A DNA stretch of 32,000 bases from Pyrobaculum aerophilum str. IM2 (lineage in GTDB: Archaea > Thermoproteota > Thermoprotei > Thermoproteales > Thermoproteaceae), in assembly GCF_000007225.1 (NCBI RefSeq), contig NC_003364.1, forward strand, positions 1-32,000. The letters are read 5' to 3'. Position 1 is the stretch's first letter, and each line of letters starts with the position of its first letter. Below the pieces are notes generated by a model. That model was not told the origin of the DNA, ran no database searches, and worked only from the letters and a program-made list of their open reading frames with translations. Shown here piece by piece: positions 16,934-24,352 of the stretch. Both the position numbers and the translations under genes were made by a program.

Positions 16934-17074
16934 CCCACGGCGTCTGGCCGCCCCCGGGCCTAAGCCTCCGTGGCCCAACCACGGGGGTGACAGGGGGATA
17001 AACCGGCGGCGCTGGACGGGAACCCCCGCCCGGCGTTGCCGGCTAAATCGGCGCCGACGGCCAGGCGCCGTGGG
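16934..17074 (+). ncRNA. candidate structured non-coding RNA, family unknown
   Basis: A GC-rich 141-nt island lies between AT-rich flanks. 16934-16950 pairs with 17058-17074 (17 bp: 16 Watson-Crick plus one T16943-G17065 wobble). An internal 9-10-bp hairpin at 16965-16987 has a CCCAA loop, and a small hairpin lies at 17030-17042. The wobbles would be A-C mismatches on the other strand, which favours the + strand. ccttttct follows. No plausible ORF. Confidence 0.45.
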
Positions 17075-17080
17075 CCTTTT

Positions 17081-18223
17081 CTATTCATATCTAAGGGCTT
17101 CCACTATGTTTACTCTACTTGCTTTATAAGCAGGCCCCAGCACGCCCAGAATATTCGCCATCACCACAATAAACGCGGAGATGACGGCTATATACGGGGG
17201 GATGGCCAATTTGAGGAATATCCCAGGGCCCACGGGGATTGACACTGCAGATATTACGAAAAGGAGCGGCGTGGCTGTGAGCACGCCAATTGTCACCACG
17301 ATCAACGCCTCTGTTATTACTAATGTCATGATGTGGCGCCGTTTAAACCCCACTGCCCGCATAATTCCAATCTCCTTAATCCGTTGCAGTAGTGAAATTG
17401 TCATGGTGTCGTAGAGCCACAGCGCCGTCACTAAGGCGCTTACTCCGGCTAGAGCCCCCAAGCCCAGTTGTGCCGTAGAGATCACTTGGCCTAGTTGTTG
17501 CGACAGTGTCTGGGGGGAAAATATAACGGCATCTGGAAAATACGGCCTTAACTTTCCCACAGCGGCCGCAGCCGTTTCGGGGCTGTCAGTCACTACGTAG
17601 ATCATGAAGTACCGGCTGTCTGGCGCCAGGGATTTGTCCGCATATATTGAGGCCCCGGCTAATGGCCCTGGCATGCCCGACAAGTCCACTACGCCCGAGA
17701 CAATGAAATCCACTGTACTCCTCTCGCCGTGAAAAACAACTGGCGTCCCCGGTTCTAGCGGCATATCGCCGTACATTTTTATAGAACTGACGAAGAGAGC
17801 CAGCGATCCGGATATGTAAAGCTGGCCGCTCCTCAAAGCCGCTCTGGGCACTAACGCCTCTGTGAGCTCAGGGGGGATGTAGTACACCGTCACGCTGACT
17901 GTAGTCCCGTCTGGTAAATTCAAGTATCCCACATCACCTGTAATAGGTATTACTGTGGCAGTCGGCAGGAGGGATTTAACCACGGAGACATCCGCGTCCG
18001 TGAGGTATCCGCTTTGCGGCAACACCCACACTGTATTTAAGCCAAGGCTTTGAAAAGCGGCGACTATAGCTGTTCTGAAAGTTTCGCCTATTGACAAGGC
18101 CACTGTCAGCGCGAGGAAGGCCATAAAAACGCCAAAAGCCGCCAATGCAGATCTCCCGACCTTCTCTCTGACTGAAAGCCAAGCCAGACTAACTAGATCT
18201 CTTAACATGCCGTCTAACGCCAA
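17081..18223 (-). CDS. FtsX/MacB-type ABC transporter permease
   Basis: 380 aa with an N-terminal TM, a large extracytoplasmic domain and a C-terminal FtsX module (RIKEIGIMRAVGFKRRHI ... PAYKASRVNIVEALRYE). Confidence 0.85.
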   Translation of the reverse strand: MALDGMLRDLVSLAWLSVREKVGRSALAAFGVFMAFLALTVALSIGETFRTAIVAAFQSLGLNTVWVLPQSGYLTDADVSVVKSLLPTATVIPITGDVGYLNLPDGTTVSVTVYYIPPELTEALVPRAALRSGQLYISGSLALFVSSIKMYGDMPLEPGTPVVFHGERSTVDFIVSGVVDLSGMPGPLAGASIYADKSLAPDSRYFMIYVVTDSPETAAAAVGKLRPYFPDAVIFSPQTLSQQLGQVISTAQLGLGALAGVSALVTALWLYDTMTISLLQRIKEIGIMRAVGFKRRHIMTLVITEALIVVTIGVLTATPLLFVISAVSIPVGPGIFLKLAIPPYIAVISAFIVVMANILGVLGPAYKASRVNIVEALRYE

Positions 18224-20180
18224 GTATTACTATCACTACACCAACGGCAATTAAGGCGAGCACGGTGTAAACTAAGGGGGCGTTGTCCTCTTTAGGAGTG
18301 GCAGTTGCTGTTGTTGCCGGCGTTGCTGACTCGTTTACAAAAATCTTCACTACTTTCTCCGCGGTATATCGGCGGCCGAGCCTGTCCCAGTACGTCGTCT
18401 CAACCCTCACCTCCTGCTCGCCGGGCTGGTCGGCAATTAGAGTAAACAGGGCGTCTCTGCTATTCTGCGGGGGCACCGACCCAATTGGAGAAGGCGCCCT
18501 CACCACTTTGACCGGCCCCGAGACGTTGAGCCGGACGTCCCTGGTCTCAACTCCCCCCGAGTTGTACAGCCTAACGTTTAGATAAAACGGCGACCCCGCC
18601 GTGAGCCGCTCCGGCGTAATGGATACCTCTAACGCCAGCGCGGGCCTCTGCGTGGCGACGAGGTATAAAGTGCCGGCGTACTCGCCGGAGATCCCAGAGG
18701 CGAGGGTGTAGGAGATTCTATAACCCACGGCCACGTTGCCCAACACGTCCGCGGGCACTTCCAGCGGCAAGTCAATGTGAGCGGCGCCGTAAATACGCAC
18801 AGAGGTCTGGGGGAAGACGGCGCCTGATGCGGGATAGAACGTGACTAAGGCCTCGGAGATGTTAACCAACGGCCTTATGGAAATCCTCACCACCTCCCTC
18901 CCACCTGCGGGGACTTCGAGGGGTTCCGCAGAAATTTCAAACGGCGTTTTTTGCGTAGCTAATAGGGTCAACGCGCGCCGCTCCGAATTGCCACTAGGCG
19001 TTACCACTACTACTTCAAAAGTCACCAGCCCTGGGTTGGGGATTATAGTGAGGTTTAAAACCGCCCGGTCTGACGCAGTAAAGGTGAGCGGAGTTGGGCC
19101 GAGCACTGCGCCTCCTGACACTGAGACTTGTCCTTCGAAAACTTCCGGATACTCGATCCGCAGGGAGACTCTATTCGCATCCCCCGCCGTGAGGACCGCG
19201 GGCTCTGCCGATATTTTAAGAAGCGGGGATGCGATTGGGTAGGCGGGGAGGAAGACTTCAAACCGGTCTGCCGCTCCTGTGTCCAGCTGAATTACCAGCG
19301 GTATGGTTATGCCCCCGCTGGGCACGTATACAGTTGCCCATATCTCCGCCTCCCCGTTTTCTAAACGGGCCGAGCTGTCCAATAAATACACCGTCCCGTT
19401 AACAGGAATTGGGTATTTTATGTAAAAGCCGACTGGGTTGTACGCCCCTGCCCTGGCCCACTCAGTCCTCTTGACCACAATGGGCGTAGGCCTGGGCCTC
19501 ACCTCAAGGGGGATTTGCCTCGTCACCAAGACCTCGCGGCCTAGGGCATCTCTAGCCCTCACGTTAACAACAAGCGCCGCGTTAAAATCCATAGGCGCCA
19601 CCACGACCTCTACGGTTAAATTCACCAAGTCGCCGGCGGCCCTCCAGGGGCCGTAGAGCTTAGCCCCAGCGGCTGAGATCTCCACAGTGCCGTTGTAGTG
19701 GTACACGTCGAAAACCCTCAGCTTAACCCTCCCCTTAACCCCGAGGTATAAGACGCCCTCGGCGGCCACTTGCGGCGAGGGGTAGTTGGGAACTGTAATA
19801 TCGACGTATTCAATCCTCTCCATGCCCTCTCTCAGAGACCCGCTCTTCTCTAAATACTTAGACTTAAACAAGACATTACATCCGGCGGATATCCCGAGGG
19901 CCTCCGCCCTTACCTTAACCACCGCCTCAAAAACCCCCGGGCCGGCGGAGGGAACTCTCAACGGCTCGGCGGATACGCCCCTGCACCCGTACAAGGCAAT
20001 TGAGACGTCGATGTGCTTGTCCGCGAGGTAAAAAGACAGCTTGTAAAGTCCTACGTCGCCTGGGAATTTGGGCACGTCAGCCCACTGGCCGCCGAGAAAT
20101 AAGTAGTCCACACTAGGCGTTAAAATAACCCCCTGCGCCGCTGAAAATACCGCTAGTAGAAAAAGCCAAATATAGCGCAT
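18189..20180 (-). CDS. large secreted multi-beta-sandwich surface protein (COG1361/CARDB-like guess) with C-terminal TM anchor
   Basis: It has a signal peptide MRYIWLFLLAVFSAAQG and 663 aa of beta-rich sequence. The C-terminus has a Thr-rich linker, the TM PLVYTVLALIAVGVVIVILGV and an RRHVKRSS tail. A TAATG overlap joins it to the upstream gene, and it overlaps the FtsX gene by 35 nt. Confidence 0.75.
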   Translation of the reverse strand: MRYIWLFLLAVFSAAQGVILTPSVDYLFLGGQWADVPKFPGDVGLYKLSFYLADKHIDVSIALYGCRGVSAEPLRVPSAGPGVFEAVVKVRAEALGISAGCNVLFKSKYLEKSGSLREGMERIEYVDITVPNYPSPQVAAEGVLYLGVKGRVKLRVFDVYHYNGTVEISAAGAKLYGPWRAAGDLVNLTVEVVVAPMDFNAALVVNVRARDALGREVLVTRQIPLEVRPRPTPIVVKRTEWARAGAYNPVGFYIKYPIPVNGTVYLLDSSARLENGEAEIWATVYVPSGGITIPLVIQLDTGAADRFEVFLPAYPIASPLLKISAEPAVLTAGDANRVSLRIEYPEVFEGQVSVSGGAVLGPTPLTFTASDRAVLNLTIIPNPGLVTFEVVVVTPSGNSERRALTLLATQKTPFEISAEPLEVPAGGREVVRISIRPLVNISEALVTFYPASGAVFPQTSVRIYGAAHIDLPLEVPADVLGNVAVGYRISYTLASGISGEYAGTLYLVATQRPALALEVSITPERLTAGSPFYLNVRLYNSGGVETRDVRLNVSGPVKVVRAPSPIGSVPPQNSRDALFTLIADQPGEQEVRVETTYWDRLGRRYTAEKVVKIFVNESATPATTATATPKEDNAPLVYTVLALIAVGVVIVILGVRRHVKRSS

Positions 20181-20659
20181 TATTTTCCTCTGGCGTTGAG
20201 AACGCCTGCCAGAATAATTGGGCCTATGAAAGTAATTACGGCCCCTAACGCGTCGTATATAGGCGGGGGGCTCGGCGGCGCCGTTGCCCCTGGCGTTACA
20301 AACAACCTCGGGACCAGCGTGATGAGCAGTAACACAATTGAGAACAACGCCCCCTTCGCGGTCCAGTGCATTTTAAGCCTATCCCAAAGGGCGGCCATGA
20401 CCAATCCCACAATTAAGTATATCACAACGCCTGAGATCACGCCGCCGAGCAACGCCCCCACCCCCATCCACTGCTCCGCGTTGAGCACAGCTGTGCGGGC
20501 CGCGTCTGCGGGCACTCCTTGTGATATGAGGACATTGTAGAGATACTCAGTGAACTTCTCCTTAATTGTTAAATACCCCAAGTAGCCCACTGCGCCTTGC
20601 AAGAGCCCAATAACAACGCCGACAAGAGCCCCCCACTTTAAACCTGTGCTTAATTTCAT
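20180..20659 (-). CDS. small polytopic membrane protein, first gene of the FtsX operon
   Basis: 159 aa with about 4 hydrophobic helices. A TATA-like ttaatatataaac (20675-20687) lies about 22 nt upstream of the ATG. Confidence 0.7.
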   Translation of the reverse strand: MKLSTGLKWGALVGVVIGLLQGAVGYLGYLTIKEKFTEYLYNVLISQGVPADAARTAVLNAEQWMGVGALLGGVISGVVIYLIVGLVMAALWDRLKMHWTAKGALFSIVLLLITLVPRLFVTPGATAPPSPPPIYDALGAVITFIGPIILAGVLNARGK

Positions 20660-20730
20660 ATACCCCCCGCGGCATTAATATATAAACTTTTTCGGAGTAA
20701 AGCCATATAAAGCCAGGCAGGAAAAGGGTT

Positions 20731-21765
20731 ATGGGAATTGACTACGTGGTGTTTTACCTCATACCCAATATAGTGGGCGGCTTTTATATGTTTATTATGG
20801 CGCTGGGGGCGGCCAAGAGGCCGAGAAGCCACGCCTATCCCCCCGTGGAGAACTACCTCGTCGTTGTAGTTACTGTGGGCGATGAGAGGGTAATGCCGGC
20901 TTTAGCGGAGACCGTGGCCCAGCTGGAGAGGCTGGGGCTGAGGTACACAGTGCTCTCCTCCCGCCCCCTCCCCATTAAAAACCACATAGTAGTGCCAAAA
21001 GAAGAGGACGGCTCTAAATACCGCGCAATTCTCTGGTTCGTTAAGAATTACGCCAGAAACGACATGTGGTATATCTTCCTTGACGACGACAGCTACCCAT
21101 TAGATACCCGATTTTTACGCGATATTGCATATTACGGAGCCAGGGGATGCGTGGCTGGCAACGGCGTGTTAGTGCCGAGGCCCGGCCGCTCAGCCCTCGC
21201 ATACGCCTTAGACTGGATTAGGTATTTCCACGACTTAACTACATACCGCTTTTCCCTCGAGGTGCTCAGAAGGCCTATATTCGGCATGCACGGGGAATTG
21301 TTAATAGTGAGGGGGGATGTGTTGAGGAGCATCTGGCCGGCTATGGGCGACACCATTACGGAGGATTTCCGCTTCGCCATGGAGCTCTTAAAGCGCAGGT
21401 ACAAGACTTTTCAAACCTCCACAAGGGTCTCAATTAAAAGCCCCAACTCCCTGAGGGACTTCGTAAGACAGAGGGCCAGGTGGGCGGCGGCTATATCAGA
21501 GGCCGCCAAGTATAAAAACGCCTATTACTTAATCCTAACGGCCTCTCCCATCGCCCTCTTCCTCTCAACCCCGGCCAGCTGGCTATACGGCTTCACAATA
21601 CCCCTCTTAATCTCCGCAGTCTACGCCTCGGTGTATATATACGGTAGCTTAAAGGCGAAAAGGTATATATTAGACGTGTGGCTAGCCTCATTTCTTGAAT
21701 TAATGGGCTTAATAATCGGCGCCGCGAGAAAGGCGAAGAACTTCTACGTAATAGACAAGAGGTAG
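20731..21765 (+). CDS. family 2 glycosyltransferase, membrane-integrated (processive type)
   Basis: It has an FLDDDSYP (DxD) motif, a QRARW (QxxRW) motif, one N-terminal TM and C-terminal TMs. Confidence 0.8.
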   Translation: MGIDYVVFYLIPNIVGGFYMFIMALGAAKRPRSHAYPPVENYLVVVVTVGDERVMPALAETVAQLERLGLRYTVLSSRPLPIKNHIVVPKEEDGSKYRAILWFVKNYARNDMWYIFLDDDSYPLDTRFLRDIAYYGARGCVAGNGVLVPRPGRSALAYALDWIRYFHDLTTYRFSLEVLRRPIFGMHGELLIVRGDVLRSIWPAMGDTITEDFRFAMELLKRRYKTFQTSTRVSIKSPNSLRDFVRQRARWAAAISEAAKYKNAYYLILTASPIALFLSTPASWLYGFTIPLLISAVYASVYIYGSLKAKRYILDVWLASFLELMGLIIGAARKAKNFYVIDKR

Positions 21766-21775
21766 CGTAAAGACG

Positions 21776-21867
21776 TGGGGCCGCCGCCGGGATTTGAACC
21801 CGGGTCCTCCCGCGGCTCGCCGCAACGGGACCACAACCCGCCATCCTAACCGCTAGACTACGGCGGC
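21776..21867 (-). tRNA. tRNA, anticodon loop TTGTGGT (GTG = His) with a ~16-nt insertion after the anticodon stem; CCA encoded
   Basis: Hand fold: acceptor GCCGCCG/CGGCGGC, D-arm GTCT-AGCGGTTA-GGAT, anticodon stem GCGGG/CCCGT, T-arm CCGGG-TTCAAAT-CCCGG, discriminator C, then CCA (21778-21776). There are 21 nt between the anticodon stem and T-stem instead of about 5; they contain the hairpin GCGG-CGAG-CCGC. Confidence 0.8.
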
Positions 21868-21884
21868 TACCCAGAGGGATGTGC

Positions 21885-21899
21885 AAATTAATAAATTTT
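21885..21899. promoter_or_regulatory. shared AT-rich TATA-like element between tRNA and HEPN gene
   Basis: aaattaataaatttt is centred about 25 nt from the tRNA 5' end (21867, minus strand) and about 23 nt from HEPN GTG 21915 (plus strand). Confidence 0.45.
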
Positions 21900-21914
21900 C
21901 CACCCCCGTCACTT

Positions 21915-22319
21915 GTGAGCTGGGAGAAGTGGGCTGACTGGCTGGAAGAGGCGGAGGACGACTTTAACGCAGCCGCCGACTTGGCCCGCCTGGGGAGGTA
22001 CGCCAAGGCGTGTTTCCTGTCGCAACAAGCGGCTGAAAAGGCGCTAAAAGCCCTATTAATTGCAAAAGCGGGTAGATACGAGCGGACTCACAGCGTCTAC
22101 GCCTTATTGCTGGCGGCGGAGAAATACGGCATACCCATTCCCCCGGAACTCAAAGAGGCGGGGGAGGAGCTAGATCGCCACTACGTCCTCAGCCGTTATC
22201 CCAACGCGTGGCCGTGGGGGCCGCCGCATGTCCACTACCGCCAGAAAGACGCAGAGAGCTGTTTAAAAAATGCTAAAAGTGTTTTAGAATATGTCAAGAG
22301 GATTCTCGGAGAGAAGTGA
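21915..22319 (+). CDS. HEPN domain protein (toxin-like partner of NTase)
   Basis: I chose the GTG 21915 start. It has WLEEAEDDFNAAADLARLGRYAKACFLSQQAAEKALKALL and ELDRHYVLSRYP, the HEPN PF05168-type pattern. Confidence 0.75.
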   Translation: MSWEKWADWLEEAEDDFNAAADLARLGRYAKACFLSQQAAEKALKALLIAKAGRYERTHSVYALLLAAEKYGIPIPPELKEAGEELDRHYVLSRYPNAWPWGPPHVHYRQKDAESCLKNAKSVLEYVKRILGEK

Positions 22320-22641
22320 GGGGGCTCCCCCGCTCTCCCCAGAGGAAATAGAAGAGGCGGTTAAAATTGCCATGGAAGCTGGCGCCGTGGCGATTTACCT
22401 CTTCGGCTCGGCGGCCCGCGGCAAATTCGTTAGGGGGCTCAGCGACATTGACCTCCTAGTAGTAACGGAGTCCCCTCCTCCCTACAGGGCTAAGACGAAA
22501 CATATAGACGCAGGGGATGTGAATATTATCTACATGTCTATACAAGAGGTATGCATAGCGTATATGCGGGGTAACAGCTTAGTGAGAGAGGCCCTTGAGG
22601 AGGGGAAGCTCGTCTGGGGGAGAGAAGTGAAGTGCAGGTAA
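22291..22641 (+). CDS. minimal nucleotidyltransferase (MNT) partner of HEPN
   Basis: AIYLFGSAARGKFVRGLSDIDLLVV is the GS-x9-DxD NTase motif. It overlaps the HEPN gene by 29 nt. Confidence 0.8.
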   Translation: MSRGFSERSEGAPPLSPEEIEEAVKIAMEAGAVAIYLFGSAARGKFVRGLSDIDLLVVTESPPPYRAKTKHIDAGDVNIIYMSIQEVCIAYMRGNSLVREALEEGKLVWGREVKCR

Positions 22642-22672
22642 AGGCGCTGAAGATATTTATTAACAGCAGAAT

Positions 22673-23020
22673 ATGCACATGGACATCTTAAGAATCGGCG
22701 TGTTTCTCATAGGAATAGCCTTGCTTATAATCGCCGTTTTGGTCACCGTAGTATATTTTGAAGTAATCAGGCCTAGAGGCGAGCCGCCGCCTTTCCACGC
22801 CTACTGCCAAGAGGGATACGTGGTCATCACTGCCAATAAAGACTTGTCAGAGGTTAAAGTAGTCGACGCAGAGGGGCGGCTCTACTGCGCCTTTGATGAA
22901 ATTAAAGCTGGTAGCGACAAGGTCTGCAGAGTTGGCAACAGAACACTTTACATTGTAGAACACAGAGGATATACCGATGTAATTTGGTGCGCCCCTAGAC
23001 GCCCCGTCGCCATGGATTAA
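22673..23020 (+). CDS. small N-terminally membrane-anchored Cys-containing protein, unknown function
   Basis: 115 aa with the TM GVFLIGIALLIIAVLVTVVYF followed by a soluble domain with 4 Cys. Confidence 0.5.
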   Translation: MHMDILRIGVFLIGIALLIIAVLVTVVYFEVIRPRGEPPPFHAYCQEGYVVITANKDLSEVKVVDAEGRLYCAFDEIKAGSDKVCRVGNRTLYIVEHRGYTDVIWCAPRRPVAMD

Positions 23021-23049
23021 TATTTAAAAAGTGGGGTTTAGGGGAGCGC

Positions 23050-23250
23050 GTGTTGAGAGTTGAGCGCAACGGTCCGTTGGTGAAATTATCTTTTGAAAAG
23101 GGGGACAGAGAGGCCGTGGCGGTGGGCCCCCTATCGGATTTGCCCGCAGTGCTGGGCCTATTCGTTGCCCAAATGGCCCGGGAGGAGTTCGCCGTAGAGG
23201 ATATATGCCAAGCGCTTAAAGAGGCGGTTGAGAAAATTAAGTCGGCGTAA
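23050..23250 (+). CDS. small hypothetical protein
   Basis: 66 aa with a GTG start and normal-looking composition. Its end overlaps the serpin stop by 14 nt (convergent). Confidence 0.4.
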   Translation: MLRVERNGPLVKLSFEKGDREAVAVGPLSDLPAVLGLFVAQMAREEFAVEDICQALKEAVEKIKSA

Positions 23251-24352
23251 AGCCGGGAGAGGGATTTACCACATGCCCTATAAAGTAAATAACGCCGCTG
23301 GTCCTGTCAGCCAAGACGAAGAGAAAAGGCTTGTCCACTACCACCTCGACGCCTCCACCCTTTGCGCATACGGGCTTGAACACGACGGCTGTCGCCGCCG
23401 CGGCCACAACTCCGTTTTCATCGGCATTGAGATATGCCCCGTGAAAGACGTCGTCTATATAAAGCCTTCTATACGCCATCTCCGTGAAGTCGGCCGTCTC
23501 AAATGCTCTGACGACGCCCATCTCCCTCAGCGCTTGTTTTACAGACCCCTTGAACTCCGCTTTAAACAGCGGCATTTCCACCCGGATCACTTGGTCGGGA
23601 AGCGTTGAGATAATTTCCCGCAGTTTTTCATACGTCAGCTCTTTTACAAAACTGGGTAGATCTCTCGGCATTATTATGTACAACGCCACCTCTGTGTTAT
23701 TAAAGGGGAGTTCCACCACAGTTAGGTCGCTAGACGCCCTGCCTCTGAGCGAGGGATCTCCACAAGAGCTCAAGTCAAGCGCTATGAAATCCGCGGGGCC
23801 CGCCCCCTTAAACTCCCGCTTGCCGACCCGCTGAAATCTATCGGGCCACCAATTCCCTTTGAAATACAACGCCGAGACTAAAACGGCGCGTACGTCCCAG
23901 CCCTCGGGATAGTCGGCTGGTACTAAATCTTTAATTAGCCCCCGCGTCTTCTCCTCCGCCCACTTGTTAATAGCCGCAATGGCGGATTTGTAATCTCTTT
24001 CAAAATCGACGTACTTAGCCTCGGCCCCGATACATCTCAACTTATTTAAATAATTAGGCTTAAAGGGGAAATCCGTCTGAAGCCACGCGGACAGGGCCTC
24101 CTCCACTCCGCGACTCGCCGCGGGGAGCACACAGGGGTCTTCGCCAAACCCGAAAACGGCCTTTAGCTCCTCCCTAGTGGCGCCGCTGGCTCCGGCGTAG
24201 GCCATGGCAAAGGCCTTGTAGACAGAGTAGGGCGACAGCACGAGGTTCTCGCCAAGTATGCCCACCGCCACTCTCTTGTAAAACTCCACGGCAAAGCGGC
24301 CGTAGCCTTCCGGCGATAGTGGAATTGGGAGCTGGCTCGGGAGGGGCCGCAA
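23237..24352 (-). CDS. serpin (serine protease inhibitor family)
   Basis: It has LVLSPYSVYKAFAMAYAGA, SALYFKGNW, the hinge ENGVVAAAATAVV and VVVDKPFLFVL...IYFIGHVVNP. The ORF has only a TTG start (24352), and its frame is closed by TAG at 24364-24362. Confidence 0.85.
   Translation of the reverse strand: MRPLPSQLPIPLSPEGYGRFAVEFYKRVAVGILGENLVLSPYSVYKAFAMAYAGASGATREELKAVFGFGEDPCVLPAASRGVEEALSAWLQTDFPFKPNYLNKLRCIGAEAKYVDFERDYKSAIAAINKWAEEKTRGLIKDLVPADYPEGWDVRAVLVSALYFKGNWWPDRFQRVGKREFKGAGPADFIALDLSSCGDPSLRGRASSDLTVVELPFNNTEVALYIIMPRDLPSFVKELTYEKLREIISTLPDQVIRVEMPLFKAEFKGSVKQALREMGVVRAFETADFTEMAYRRLYIDDVFHGAYLNADENGVVAAAATAVVFKPVCAKGGGVEVVVDKPFLFVLADRTSGVIYFIGHVVNPSPGFTPT

Noticed and set aside
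16934-17074. Identity of the structured element as 5S rRNA, SRP RNA, the minimal Pyrobaculum-type RNase P RNA, a tRNA, or a C/D or H/ACA guide
   Set aside because: It lacks the 5S loop motifs, the SRP helix-8 motifs, the RNase P CR-I GGAAAGUCC and CR-V ACAGAA..GGCUUA (only a weak CCGGCUAAAUCGG resemblance), a T-loop GTTCRA, and RUGAUGA/CUGA boxes. It is also too short for SRP or RNase P RNA. The family is left unassigned.
21776-21867. Class II tRNA (Leu/Ser) with a long variable arm
   Set aside because: The anticodon loop reads TTGTGGT (GTG), which does not fit Leu or Ser. An insertion or intron is more plausible.
21593-22006. 137-aa minus-strand ORF
   Set aside because: It runs across the tRNA gene and the 3' end of the GT2 gene, and it is Arg/Ser/Ala-rich off-frame sequence.
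23228-23834. Plus-strand ORFs 23228..23608 and 23484..23834
   Set aside because: They are antisense to the serpin gene, whose motifs are unambiguous.
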